Shown piece after piece: positions 37,775 to 50,474 of a stretch of 64,000 bases of DNA; position 1 is the stretch's first letter, and each line of letters begins with the position of its first letter. The stretch comes from Basidiobolus meristosporus CBS 931.73 (Eukaryota; Fungi; Basidiobolomycota): NCBI GenBank assembly GCA_002104905.1, contig MCFE01000452.1, forward strand, positions 8,930-72,929, written 5' to 3'. The notes beneath the pieces were generated by a model that made no database searches, was not told where the DNA came from, and saw only the letters and a list, made by a program, of their open reading frames with translations. Both the position numbers and the translations under genes were made by a program.

Positions 37775-40700
37775 GAACATCTATGTGCTTAGTTCTGGCA
37801 TGATTAGTAGAACTACTGCTAATGAAAAACAATACTGATTATCTTTGTAAATACATGCTGGTTTATCTGAGTCAAAGCCTGAGTCTTGGAACAATTTCCA
37901 TATCCATATAGCCTCCTTAGTTGCTTGGAAAGCATCCATATATTCAGCTTCAGTTGTAGATAGGGCCACAGTTGGTTGTTTGTTGCAATTCCAGGTAATA
38001 GCTGCACCAGCATAAAGAAATACATACCCATTGGTAGAGTATCTGTCAGTTAGATCTCTACCCAATCTTCATCACTATAACCATCATATTCTTGCCTTTT
38101 AGCTGCTCCAGAGTATTCTAGTACCATTCTTATGGTACCTTGTAGATTTCTGAAAATCTGCTTAACTGCTAAAATTTGATCTGATCCATAATTCTGCATG
38201 TATTGAATGACTTTTCCAACTGCCACTGCAATATCAGGACTTGTAGACACCATGAAGTACATCAGGTTACCAACTATTGATTGATAGAGAAAGTTTTGGT
38301 TCATAATTGAGCTGTTTTCACCTAAAACTGGCTGAGATTTGCTCAATTGTAGATTATTTTCCATGGGGGGAGCTACAGGCTTGCAATTTTCCATTTTGAA
38401 GCATCTAACAATGTCACTGATGTACTAAGACTGATTCAGCACAATTCTTTATGTAAGTATGTCAAAATTCACTTCAATTCCAAGAAAATAGTCCAATTTT
38501 CTAAGATCTTTCATCTCAAACTTGCTTGAGAGATCTGATATTGTCTGTTTAAGTGCCTTCTGGTCACTAATAGCTAATATTAGGTTGTTCACATAAAGAT
38601 CTAGAATGTTCACGCCCTTTTTGAGCTCTTTCACATATTTACTGTGATCTGCGGTGCTACAAATGAGCCCAATCTCCACAAAGTTTGTGTCAATCTTGTT
38701 ATACAATACTCTAGGTGCCTGTGTAAGCCCAAATAGCAGTTACCTGAGTCTGCACACCTTATGGGGACCTTTTGGATAGATAAAGCCTTTTCATTGCGCT
38801 GTATACATTGTTTCTTGCAAATCCCCATTTAGAAAGGCTGTTTTGATGTCCACTTGGTGTAGATCTGGACTGTGTACAGCTGCTAGGGCAAGAACTGTCC
38901 TAATGGAGTAAAACTTGGCAACCAGAGCAAATGTTTCCTTCAAGTCTAGTCCCTGGATCTGGGAATAGCCTTTAGCCACCAGTCTAGCCTTGTATTATTG
39001 ACAGTATCATTGGAGGTTATCTTGATCTTGTAGACCCATCTACATCCTACTAGCTTTTTCCCATTTGGTAAGTTTATAAGTTCCCAAGTTTCTGCTGTGA
39101 TCAGTGATTGGTACCCCTCCTGCATGGCTTGTTGCCACACGGTAGCATCTTGACTTTGCATTGCCTGTTCCTGACTCTGAGGTTTGGCACAAAAGGCAAG
39201 ATAAGCTTCTTCATAATCATTGGATGGCTGCCACCAGGATCCAGGGGCATTTCTTATTCTGGTAGATCTCCTAACTGGCAAAATCAGCTCTGGCCTGGAG
39301 CTGGGAAATTTTCTTATCTATCTGACTGAATTTGGTATATATCTTTTTCATTAGTGTTGATTGCATCACCAGGCAGCTGACCAATGATTTTTGCGGTTTT
39401 CTGGTCTGAATTCTCCTCAAATGCAACATCCCTGCTCTTGATTAGCTTCTGAACTCCGCTATCATACACTCTATACCCATTAGTGTTGTCACAATTTCCA
39501 AGAAATATCTCTTTTCTACTCTTTGGCTCTAGCTTTGAGCAGTTTTTGTCATGAATATGATAAATGACACCACTGCCAAAGATCCTGAGGTGCTGGAGGT
39601 CTGCTTTTTGCCTGTATATGCTTCAAAGGGTGTAATGTCATGTAGTGCTGTTGTTGGGCATCTATTCTTGATGTATACTGTGGTTGCAATAGATTCAGCC
39701 TGAAACTTGTAGCCATTTCCTTGTTATGTAGCATAGATCTTCCCATCTCTACTATTGTTCTATTGGCATGTTCTGCTACCCCATTTTGCTGTGGAGTATG
39801 TGGAACAATGGTCTGTTGAAGTTTACCAGTAGATGAGCAGTATTTTGCAAACCCTTTTGAACAGGTTTCCCCCCCATCTTTGCTTCAGAGTATATTCAAT
39901 TGATACCCAGTTTGTGTTTTGGCCATGTTCTTGAGGTGTTTGATTGTCTCTAAAGACTCATTCATTGTTTTGAGGAAGTATACCCATGTATATCTTGTCT
40001 GGTCATTAATAAAGTCATAAAGTTTCTCTTGGCTTCAAAGACCAGTGTACTCATGGGCCTGCAAATGTCTGAGTGTACAATAGCCTATATTTTGGTGTTG
40101 TTGATGTCTCCTGATCTCCTGAAATGTTACCTAGCTTGTTTGCCATGTGAAAATCCCTTACAGACACTGAATATGATTGGAGTTGAGTAATTTAGGACTA
40201 AAACAAGCTGATTTTTCCCCAATTGGCTCACTTTCTGCTCCCCACTGTGTCCTAGCCTCCTATGTCATGTCCCCCCTTGGTTTCATCAGTTTCAGCAATG
40301 TTGGCATATTCAGGTACAATGATCTTGCATTGCAACTTGTATACACTGTGATCTCTGATTCCCAAAGCTAATTTTTGTCCATTTTAACTCAATATTGAGC
40401 AGTACAGCTTAGTAAGAATAAATATCAGTCCCTGAGCCGTTGCTCTACTGACTTAAAGTAGGTTCTTAGCTATTCCAGGTATGTAGAGTATGTCAGTTGG
40501 TTTTGCTGCAGTAGCTCCTGAGATATCACCCAAATGTAGCAGTATAGACCCACTAGTTGTAGCTTCCAGTTTAGAGTTGTCACTCAAATAAACCTTTTGT
40601 ACACAAATAGTCTTTGAGTTGCTGAACCACTCTATTATACCACCAATATGCTGTGATGCTCCAGAGTCAATATACCATTCACTACTTTGGTTACTTGTAC

Positions 40701-42513
40701 TCTGTTGTACAGTTACAAATATCTGTTCATCAGTAGTCATGTGGTTTGCCTGCTCCAGTTTCTGTTTTTTGTCTGCTTGTTTCTTCTTGCATTTTCTTGC
40801 CCAGTGCCATGGCTCCTTACAGTAGTTACAGCAACCAGGTTTTGTTTGGTTTTGTTGCTTTCCCTTCTTTTCTGTGTGCCTTTCTGTGTTGTATAGAGCA
40901 TTGTCTTCAGTTTTCACTGCTTGATTATCACATCTGAGTTCTTCATGGAGAAGTCTTCCTTTGAAATAGTCTAAAGTCAAATTGTTGTCTGTGCTCTCAA
41001 TAGAAAGTATGAGTGGCTCATACCTGTCTGGTAGGCTGCAAAGCAGACAGACCATCTTTTCTTATCCTCTACACCAGCATTAATACTGTAATGCTCTATG
41101 CAAGTGTCTCCACTCTGGTAATGAGTTGTAGCATGTCATCATCTAGCTTCTTTCTCATGTTGAAGAGCTTTTGTTTTCAATTAAGCTTACTTGATACTGA
41201 CTTTGCTTCAAAGATCTTCTCCAAGGACTCCCATGCTGCTTTAGCATTATTTGAAGCATGGCTTTGACCAATGAAGGAATCTTAGACATTAATATATATA
41301 GCATAAAAGGCCTTTCTTTCCTTCTCTTGAAGCTTTGCCACTTCATCTGCTGTTTCTTTGGGCTCAACTTCTTTCCTGTTACTGTATTTCAAAGCTTTCT
41401 TTCCTCCAGTTGGATCAGCATCTTTATCCTCCAAAGTCCGTAGTTCTTCCCATCAAACCTCTCCTTTACAGGGAATATGTTTGTATTGTTCTGTTTGCTG
41501 GTAGAAGTTATCTTTAAAGTAGGTTAAGGCAGTCAAGGCTCATAGCCTGTTGCAACTTAAAAAGTGATTGTGATCCAAGGAACTTATCAAGACATAGTGA
41601 TGATGGTTGAGCTTTTGTTTATTCATAAAGAGAATCAGTGTTTACACCTTTATAGAAGCAATACAACTATAACACTCAGTAAGGAGGGTTTTGTAACATT
41701 CAGGAGCTTTCTGTAACAGTTGCAGGGTGGTATATAATGGTTGATAAAAAGTGTTATTCTGATCATCACTATAGAGGAATAATTATAGGATCATAAATGT
41801 GAAGAAACTGACAAAGCTGGGGCCACATACTAGTCCTAGAGTGAACAAGACTAGTCCAGAATTGTTAAATAAATTTTTATCTGCTGAATGATGCTAAATA
41901 GTCCAATATTTCAACAGATAAAAGGATCTTATCAAGATATAGTGACAGTAGTTGAACTGTTGTTATTCATAAAGAACCTCAATATTTGTACCTTTGTAGA
42001 AGTAATATAAATGTTACACTCATTAGAGAGAGCTTCTCAACACTGAGGAGCTTTCTGTGACAGCTTCTGGGTTAGTAAATAGTGCTTTGTAAAAGTGCCA
42101 ATTTGATCATGGCTATAGGGGAATATTCAAAGGATCATAAATCTGAAGAAAGTGGTAAAGTCAGGGCTGTAAGTTAGTTCTACAGTCACCAAGACTAAAG
42201 CTGGCTGCTATTAACTCAGTCTCAGTTTATTGTGCATGGGGATAGCTGCAGGCTTGCAATTTTCTGTCTTGAAGCATCTAAGAGTGTCCCTGATGTCCCT
42301 GGACTGATTCAGCACAATTTTACACATTGGTATGTCAAATTTGACTGTAATTCCAAGAAAATAGCTCTGTTTTCCAAGATCTTTCTTCTGAAACTTGCTG
42401 AAGAGATCTGATTTTGTGTGTTTAAGTGCCTCCTGGTCACTTGTAGCTATTATTAGGTCATCCACTTAAAGAACCTAGATCATGACACCCTTATTGGGCT
42501 GTTTTGGATATAT

Positions 42514-45500
42514 TGTTATGATCTGCCGCTTGAATGTTTAAGTTAGATCAGTTTTTAGTCAAATCAGTTAGTATATGTTTAGGTTATCAATATATCAGTA
42601 TTATTTATGAAATCAGCAGCATTAGTCAGCAAATGAATCAGCAGATCCTTTTCAGACAGAAATAGATATACTAAGTAAGATCTTATTGGGTGATGATGAT
42701 GCAATCAAATGAGTCATCAGCCACAACCTACACTAGGAAATACAATTAGTCAGCAATTGATCTGGCAAAATGTATATAAGGAGCTGCTGGAACCTCAATA
42801 AAAATCAGTTCAAGTTTTAGTGAATACAATACTAGCTAAACTCCCTATTCCTCTACAACTCTTATACCAAGACTTGTAACATTGGTAGCAGCAATAACCA
42901 GAAACATCCCTGCTGAAGAAAGAAGAAACCACCCTCAAGATGTTGGACAATCAAGAATGGAAGAATGCCATGCAGTAAATCCTGGCCCAACAGCAACAGT
43001 TACTCCAGATCCTCAGCCAACAGCAACAAGGAATGACAACCATGGCTCAGAGCCAGCAAAGCCCTGTCAAGAGCAACTTTGGTGTGAAGGTCAACCGGTA
43101 CCATGGCAGAGTCAATGAAAACCTGGGAACTTGGCTCTTTCAGATTGAAGAAGCTTTTAAAGCTAAAGGAATTGCTCCAGAGAGCAAGTTGCATTATGCA
43201 GCTTCTTACCTGGCAGATGCAGCCTTACAGTGGTACCACAACAAGATCAGGTCAGCCACTATGATGGGATGCTCTACAATCTCTACCTGGGATGAGTTTG
43301 TGTCGGAAATTCAGGGTGCTTTTGAACCTCCACACCAGCAGACACTACTAAGAAGGAAGTTAATGACACTCAGACGGAAAGGAATGGTTCAAGAATACAT
43401 CTATGAGTACAGATGTCTACTTGGACAAGTTGAAAGAATGGACCCCTTGGATCAAGTTGAGTACTTTATTGATGAGTTGAAAGAAAGTACTTGCAAGGAA
43501 GTGAATTACCAAAGACCTCAGACTATTGAAGAAGCCATCAAGATTGCCATTGACTATGACTCAGCTATGTTTGGAGTTGGGAAGCCTACAGTGACTAATC
43601 AGAAAGGCTACAATCATTATGAAAGAAGACAGTCAGAAGCAGTACCAATGGAAATAGACGCTATGCAGAAAAATCCTACCTCAGAAGAATGTAACAAGAA
43701 AGGACTTTGCTTCAATTGCCACCAGCAGGTACATATTGCAAAGTACTGCCCTCAGAGAAGAAATGGACACCAGCCAACAAGAACCTTCAACAATATTGAG
43801 TCCTATGAACACAGTAATGTGTAAGATGAGCTTGAAGAAGACTCAGAACTCACCTTCCACATGACACAAGAATACCTATCCCAGATGACCTCAAACTCAG
43901 GAAAGCTATTATACTTGAATGGAGTAATCAATGGAGTACCTGCCAAGATCATGATTGACTCCAGAGCATCACATGAGTACATGTCAGAGCAATTTGCTTT
44001 GAAAGCTGGGATCAACTTGGAACCTACCAAATCAACTTCAGTCTCCACAGCTGATGGGAACTCTCACATAATCAACAGTATTACCCAGCCAGTAGGAATG
44101 AAGATCAATGACTATGAAGAAGACCTACAGGCTTTTATATTTGGGAACTGCAAGTTTGACCTTGTACTTGGAAAAACCTGGCTATTTTGTTGTAATCCAT
44201 CAATCAACTGGAGAACCCATGCTACTCAGATCCAAAAAGACAACAAGACCAATGAGCTATTACCTGCTAGGCTGGATTTCAACTTGGTCAATTCTAGTGT
44301 GTGTGAGACAAGTGAACTTAGCAAGACCCGGTTCTGTAGAGCACTTAGAAAAGGTACTCAGATGTTCCTCATGGTGGTTTTACAGGAGGATTCCTCTACC
44401 CCAGCACACCAGCAGGTCCAGACTCTCTTGAAGAAATATTCAGACGTGTTTCCAGATGAGCTTGTAAGCCTACCACCAGTCAGAGATGTGGATCATGCCA
44501 TTGACACAGGAGATAGCCCCCCAGTGAGCAAGACACCTTACAGAATGAGTCCATTGGAATTGGAGGAAATGAAGAGACAAATTGATCAGCTATTGGAGCA
44601 AGGATACATCAGGCGCAGCAAGTCACCCTGGGGAGCACCAGTGCTTTTTGTCAAAAAGAAGGATGGAACACTTAGGATGTGCATTGACTACAGAGCCCTG
44701 AACTCAGTTACCATCAAGAATAAGTACCCCATACCTCAGATTGATGAGCTTTTGGACCAACTTAATGGAGCCACTATTTTCAGCAAGATTGACCTCATGT
44801 CAGGATACAACCAAATTAGGGTGAAACCAGAAGATATTCCTAAGACAGCATTTAGGACCAGATATGGACATTACAAGTACTTAGTCATGAGTTTTGGCCT
44901 CACTAATGCCCCTGCAACATTCATGACGCTGATGCAGACTGTCTTTCAGGAGTACTTAGACAAGTTTGTGGTGATCTACCTGGATGACATATTGATATAC
45001 AGCAAGACAGAAGAGGATCACGTAGTGCACATTGAAAAGGTCTTGGAGAAACTAAGAGAGAACAAGCTATAAGGCAAGCTAGCCAAGTGTGAATTCTTCA
45101 AGGAGCACGTTGAATACCTGGGACACATAGTGACTAGCACAGGAGTGACCTTAGACCCTAAGAAGGTTGAAGTTATGAAGAATTTGAAGCAGCCCAATAG
45201 CATATCAGAACTCAGATCCTTCCTTGGAATGGTTTCCTATTATCAGAGATTTGTCAAGTCTTTTGCAAGTATTGCAGCTCCTTTAACTGATATCCTCAAG
45301 AAAGACAATGCCTACAAGTGGGACATAGCTTGTGAGACTGCCTTCCAGATGCTCAAGAATGAACTTGCTAAGCTGCCAAGCTTAAGAATACCAGACTTCA
45401 GAAAAGAGTTCACTCCGTGCACAGATGCTTCAGATTATGGAATTGGTGGAGTGCTGAGGCAAGAACACAAGGGAAAGGACTACCCTGTTGCCTTTGAGTC

Positions 45501-47451
45501 TAAGAAACTGAACTCAGCAGAACAAAACTATCCAGTCCATGAGAAGGAGATGCTTGCTATTATACACTGTTTGAAGACATGGAGATGCTATAATGAAGGA
45601 GTCAAATGCACTGTGAAGACTGATCATGCCTCCCTCCAGTATGTATTTACTCAGAAGGTACTCTCTAGAAGAATGACAAGATGGAGTGAATACATTCAGC
45701 AATTTGACCTGGAGATTGTCTACTGCCCTGGAAAAAACAACACGGTCGCTGATGCCTTATCAAGATTAGATCAAGTTGCACAACTCAACTTGGTGCATGA
45801 ATCAGATTGGCCAAGCCTATTACCAAAGTACTTGGAGGACCAAGCCATTCCTAATGAGGTGGATGAAGAGATAAAGAAGATAATCCGGGTTGAAGCTAGC
45901 AAATTTGTTGTACAGGATGAAACACTCTACCAAATTGTTGATGGAAGCCCTATTGCCTATTGTCCTTATGTTGCTTGCCTGGATTTAATACATAAGCTAC
46001 ACAATGGATATGGACATCTTGGGATTGAAGGAACCTATAGCCTTGTGAAAGCCAGAGCATGGTGGCCCAGAATGAAACAAAATATTGAGAAGCTAGTGAA
46101 AACATGCCCAAACTGCCAAATCAATCAAGGCCAACCACAAAGAATTGCCAAACTCTTCCCTTTGGAGCCTGTAAGACCATTTGAGAGATGGGGAATTGAC
46201 TTTATTGGAAGACTGCCAACTACCAGGAAATGCAACCTTTGGATCCTAGTAGCAATTTACCATGCCACTAAATGGCCAGTTGCTAAAGCTGTACCAATAG
46301 CCAGTGAACAAGAAGTTGCAAGTTTCATTTACTATGTGATCCTGATGAATTTTGGATGCCCTGTGGAGATCTTATCTGATAGAGGAGCAAACTTTCTGGC
46401 AAAGACATTAGAGGCTTACCTGGAAATGCAGCAGATCAGACACCTGAAAACCTTGGTATATCACCCCAGAACTAATGAAGTCACTGAGTGGTTTAATGGA
46501 TTATCTGGAAAAATGCTGACCAAGTATGCAAATGGAGTTGTCAGTAGATGGGATGAGTATATAGACCAAGCACTCTTTGCATGCAGAGTCAGAGTACACA
46601 ACACCACCCAGCAATCACCATTTTACTTAGTATATGGATGAGAACCAAGGATTCCAGGAGATCTCACACAACCAAAGCTTACAGACACCTTTGAAGATGA
46701 ACTCAGTCAGCCAAGTAGACACCAGCAACTGGAACAAAGACGTCAAGAGGCACAGACCAAAGTATCTCAAAGTGCAGAAAAGATGAAGCAGAGCTTTGAT
46801 AAGACTATAGTACCAGAAGCATTGATAGTTGGGAACTTTGTATTGCTAAGAAACAACACTTGGAAGAAGTTTGAGCCACAATGGACAGGACCATTTAAGA
46901 TCATCAGAGAATGTCCATTTGCAACTTACCAACTGGTGGACAAACAAGATAATATCTGGGAAGACTTAGTGCATAGGGACAGACTCAAGCTTGCAAGACT
47001 TGTTGATAATACTGAACCATCAAGATATTGGTATCACAAGAAAAGAGATTCAGGAGAACCCTCTCAATGTTAGTGGGGGAGAATGTTATGATCTGCAGCT
47101 TGAATGTTTAAGTTAGATCAGTTTTTAGTCAAATCAATTAGTATATTTTTAGGTTATCAGTATATCAGTATTATCTATGGAATCAGTAGCATTAGTCAGC
47201 AAATGAATCAGCAGATCCTTATCAGACAGAAATAGATATTTTAAGTAAGATCTTATTGGGTGATGATGATGCAATCAAATGAGTCATCAGCCACAACCTA
47301 CACTAGGAAATACAATTAGTCAGAAATTGATCTGGCAAAATGTATATAAGGATCTGTTGGAACCTCAATAAAAATCAGTTCAAGTTTTAGTGAATACAAT
47401 ACTAGCTAAACTCCCTATTCCTCTACAACTCTTATACCAAGACTTGTAACA
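42514..47451 (+). mobile_element. full-length Ty3/gypsy element (4938 bp), 4-bp TSD ATAT
   Basis: 368-bp LTRs (42514-42881, 47084-47451) with about 13 differences; PBS TGGTAGCAGC at 42883-42892; PPT AGTGGGGGAGAA at 47072-47083; ATAT at 42510-42513 and 47452-47455. Confidence 0.97.
43033..47073 (+). pseudogene. gypsy gag-pol, single frame with three in-frame stops (gag, CCHC, PR, RT, RNase H, IN, GPF module; no chromodomain seen)
   Basis: CFNCHQQVHIAKYC, IMIDS(R)[46 protein letters not shown]; ORF pieces starting at 43033, 43861, 45130 and 46783 are all in one frame. Confidence 0.95.
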
Positions 47452-47989
47452 ATATACTGTGATCTGCAGTGCAACAACTGAACCCAATCTCCCCCAAATA
47501 TATGTTAATCTTATTATAACATGCTCTGGTGCTTGCTTAAGCCCATTCAATAACTTCTCAAGTGTGCACACCTTATTGGAGCCTTTTGAATCAGTAAAAC
47601 CCTCTGGTTGCTTCTTGTATATAGTTTGTTGCAAGTCCCCATTTAGAAAGGCTGTTCTGATATCCATTTGGTGTGGATCTAGACTGAGTAAAGCTGCTAG
47701 GGCTAGAACTGTCTTGATGGAGTTGAACTTGGCAGCCAGAGCAGATGTTTCCTTAAGGCCAAGTCCCTGGATCTGGAAATAGCCTTTAGCCACAAATCTA
47801 GCCTTGTACTTATTGATGGTACCATTTGAGGTTATCTTGATCTGGTAGACCCCTCTACATCCTATTGGCTTTCTGCCATTTGATAAATCTACCAGTTCCC
47901 ACATTTTGCCCTGATCAGTGATTGGTACTCCTCCTGAATGGCTTGTTGCCACATAGTAACATCTGAACTTTACATTGTCTGTTTCAGAA

Positions 47990-48285
47990 CCCTAAGAAAA
48001 AAATCAAGGAAAGGTCAGTAGAATACTATCATAAAATTGGCTGAAAACTATCATTATCTCATTTTTTAGCAGTTGGGCAGACAAGCAGATATATTTTCAA
48101 ACAGGAAACTAGGCTAGGCAGGACTCACACCAAATTTGGTAATTAGCCGGCCACTACTTCCATCAATAATTGCAACTGAATATTTGTACAAAAACACCAT
48201 TTGAATACCAGCTAAATGCCATCAGAATACAAGCAGAGGCTGGCTGAAAATCAGATGAATTACAGGTTTGAGATTTTTCATAGGG
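47990..48285. mobile_element. 296-bp non-autonomous element (MITE) with CCCTA termini
   Basis: CCCTAAGAAAAAAATC...GATTTTTCATAGGG; interrupts copia sequence with an apparent 3-bp duplication (GAA/GTT; host GAT). Confidence 0.75.
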
Positions 48286-48783
48286 GTTTCTGAGGTTTGC
48301 CACATAAGGCAAGATAAGCTTCTTCAGAATCATTAGATATCTACCACCAGGATCCAGGGGCATTTCTGATTCTGGTAGATCTCCTAACTGGGATAATATG
48401 CTCTGATCTGAAGCTGGTAGAGTTATCTTTCATATCTGACTGAATAAGATATATATCTTCTTCATCAGTGTTGATTGCATCATTAGGCAGCAGGCCATTG
48501 ATTTCAGTGGCTTTCTGATCTGAATTCTCCTCAGATACAATGTCCCTTCTCTTGATAAGCTTCTGAATTTTGCCATTATACACTCCATACCCTTTAGTAT
48601 CCTCTCAAAACCCAAGAATGACCTCTTTTCTACTCTTTGGTTCCAACTTTGAGTGTTTTTTGTCAGTAATGTGATAAAAAACATTACTGCCAAATATCCT
48701 GAAATACTGGAGGTATAGTTTTTTGCATGTATATGCTTCAAGGAGTGTAGAATCATGTAGTGCTGTTATTAGACATCCATTCT

Positions 48784-49500
48784 ACAAGGCTCATGACTAA
48801 GCACATGAGTTATTCTGCCAATTGCACAATGCAACAAGTCTATCAGTATATATATAAGAGGCATGGCAAAATATATGCTTTCAGATGCATTGATGCCAAG
48901 AGATATTGGCTAAAACTGATGGGGTTCTGGGGCAAAACATTGATAGTGTGCCTAGATTACAATATATTATGGAACAAACTAGAATACCACATGGGGATAT
49001 GGAAGAGATCAGGTGAGCATACTGCATGGGGAGAATAGGTTATGCTTTCAAGCTGACCTCACCCTTCTAAATTTGGCCCATATAATAACAGTACTGCAGA
49101 AGAAGACTCCTTAATGGATTGCAAGCCATAATTCCATCAAAAAAGTGCCCTGCTTGAGTCTAGTAAAGTCTCACTGCTAGACAAGACAGCATCTAAGGAT
49201 AAAATCAATGCTTAGAGTTTGCTGAATAACTGAGCCCAGTGTTCAATTCACTATTCAGTTATGCACAGCATTGGGTAGAAAAGGCTTACATTTAACAGCA
49301 GGTATACCAAGCTGCATGCAACCCTTTGAAAAACTGGAGATATTTGAAATAAATGGCAAGATATTGCAGAGCTTGGGGACATTATACTGCAGTAATTTTA
49401 CCAGTCTTTACAGGTATATTTGGGCAATATTTTGACACACTACTTGGAAAATATCCCTACTGTGCAAATGCCACTCTGGCATGGAGTCTTGAGCATGTGC
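48784..49500 (+). pseudogene. possible remnant of a more distant CACTA-type transposase
   Basis: Weak by-eye similarity to copy A: AAACTGGAGATATTTGAAATAAATGG versus AAACCGGAGATACTTAAGATAGACGG, and an H.LENIP....LW.G-like segment. Confidence 0.35.
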
Positions 49501-50064
49501 TGGCCTTCTGACAGGATAACCTGAAATATTATTAAATTGCAGAATGACCATGAGTACAATCAGTAACTTTAGTTAGCACATGTAGTGTTTGTGGTATGCG
49601 AATCTTACAAAGCAATACATCAAGACATAACTAATTAATGTCCATTTGACAAGACATTGCATTCTTTCCCTAAAGCCAAATTCTGATTTGGGTACATGAT
49701 TTGTAAAAATGTATCAGTCAGTACTTGATATCTATTGACTACAAATAGCATATCACAACCTTCAGTATAGTGTCAGCCAGAAGAAGGAAGAAAGTGAGCC
49801 CAGATATGAAGCAAGAATTCAAAGAGTGATATTTATTGGTTATATTACACATATTGATTGCCAAGGTTATTTTTTGGTCTTTTGTATGGATGACATCTCA
49901 CCAAGATATTTAATCCAAGTAATTCACATATTTATTCTGGTTGCATGGCATTTTATCCTAATCTGAAAGGGTCGAGTAGACATTCACGTTTTCTGTACCT
50001 AGTCTGTCAGAAAGGTTCCTATCTTTGATGGAGTTAATATCACTTCCATGATGGCTTTAATGGA

Positions 50065-50355
50065 TCAGCAGTAGACATCGTTAGGGTTTCTCTTCAACCT
50101 GTCCAACAGTCTTCGTAGTCTTCTCCAGTCTTTGTCCACAATGTAGGCGGGAGCATCCGCTGGGCATTGCAGTTGTGTCTCGCATATAAAGATCACTTGT
50201 CCACGATTACAGAATGCAAGAATCCCATGTTGTCTGAAGATGATTCCTGGATAGTTTCTCGGTGTAAACGGATGACGGCGTGAGGAATTCTCCTGCGCCC
50301 CCACGACAAAGAGCATGGCGATACAAGCAAGTAGTAATGTCAAGATATACTTCAT
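50065..50355 (-). CDS. small secreted Cys-containing protein, subfamily A, copy A1 (96 aa)
   Basis: ATG at 50355 (the track start at 50454 is non-ATG); signal-peptide-like MKYILTLLLACIAMLFVVGA; 4 Cys in the mature part; protein identical to the first 96 aa of A2. Confidence 0.85.
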   Translation of the reverse strand: MKYILTLLLACIAMLFVVGAQENSSRRHPFTPRNYPGIIFRQHGILAFCNRGQVIFICETQLQCPADAPAYIVDKDWRRLRRLLDRLKRNPNDVYC

Positions 50356-50463
50356 TTCAGAATAGAAATTGATGGTTTTTGGAGCTCTTCTCAACGCGAG
50401 AGTATTTAAGGTTTTATGGTGAATCAGCTCCAGCGAATTGAGTATCCCAGCCACCGAGGAAAT

Positions 50464-50474
50464 GAAACATGGCG
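50464..50474. promoter_or_regulatory. conserved upstream motif GAAACATGGCG (also at 57368-57378 and 63979-63989)
   Basis: Exact 11-mer upstream of all three A genes amid diverged flanks. Confidence 0.4.

Larger units (their letters stand above)
32512..42197 (-). mobile_element. older copia family 2 element (host of the 33088-37774 copy) with compound LTRs
   Basis: LTRs at 32512-32873 and 41548-41916, each followed by an extra LTR-derived segment; PPT at 32919; PBS at 41536-41547; decayed gag-pol at 32919-33087 and 37775-41510. Confidence 0.88.
42198..48783 (-). mobile_element. copia family 2 internal fragment (IN end to RT), split by the gypsy element and the MITE
   Basis: Segments 42198-42513, 47452-47989 and 48286-48783 join into a sequence colinear with ~34170-35520. 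Confidence 0.85.

Noticed and set aside
43822-43824. Programmed stop-codon readthrough between gypsy gag and pol (same frame, TAA)
   Set aside because: The sibling copy at ~30500 (minus strand) reads GTA GAG GAT GAG at this position, so the TAA is a private nonsense mutation.
1-49960. Classical RIP (CpA-to-TpA) as the mutagenic process
   Set aside because: CA and TG dinucleotides are abundant and diagnostic changes map mostly to CpG. A minor CpA component is not excluded (two of the LTR differences are CA versus TA).
50356-50454. 33-aa N-terminal extension of A1 in the ORF track
   Set aside because: It uses a non-ATG start, is absent from A2 and A3, and would bury the signal peptide.
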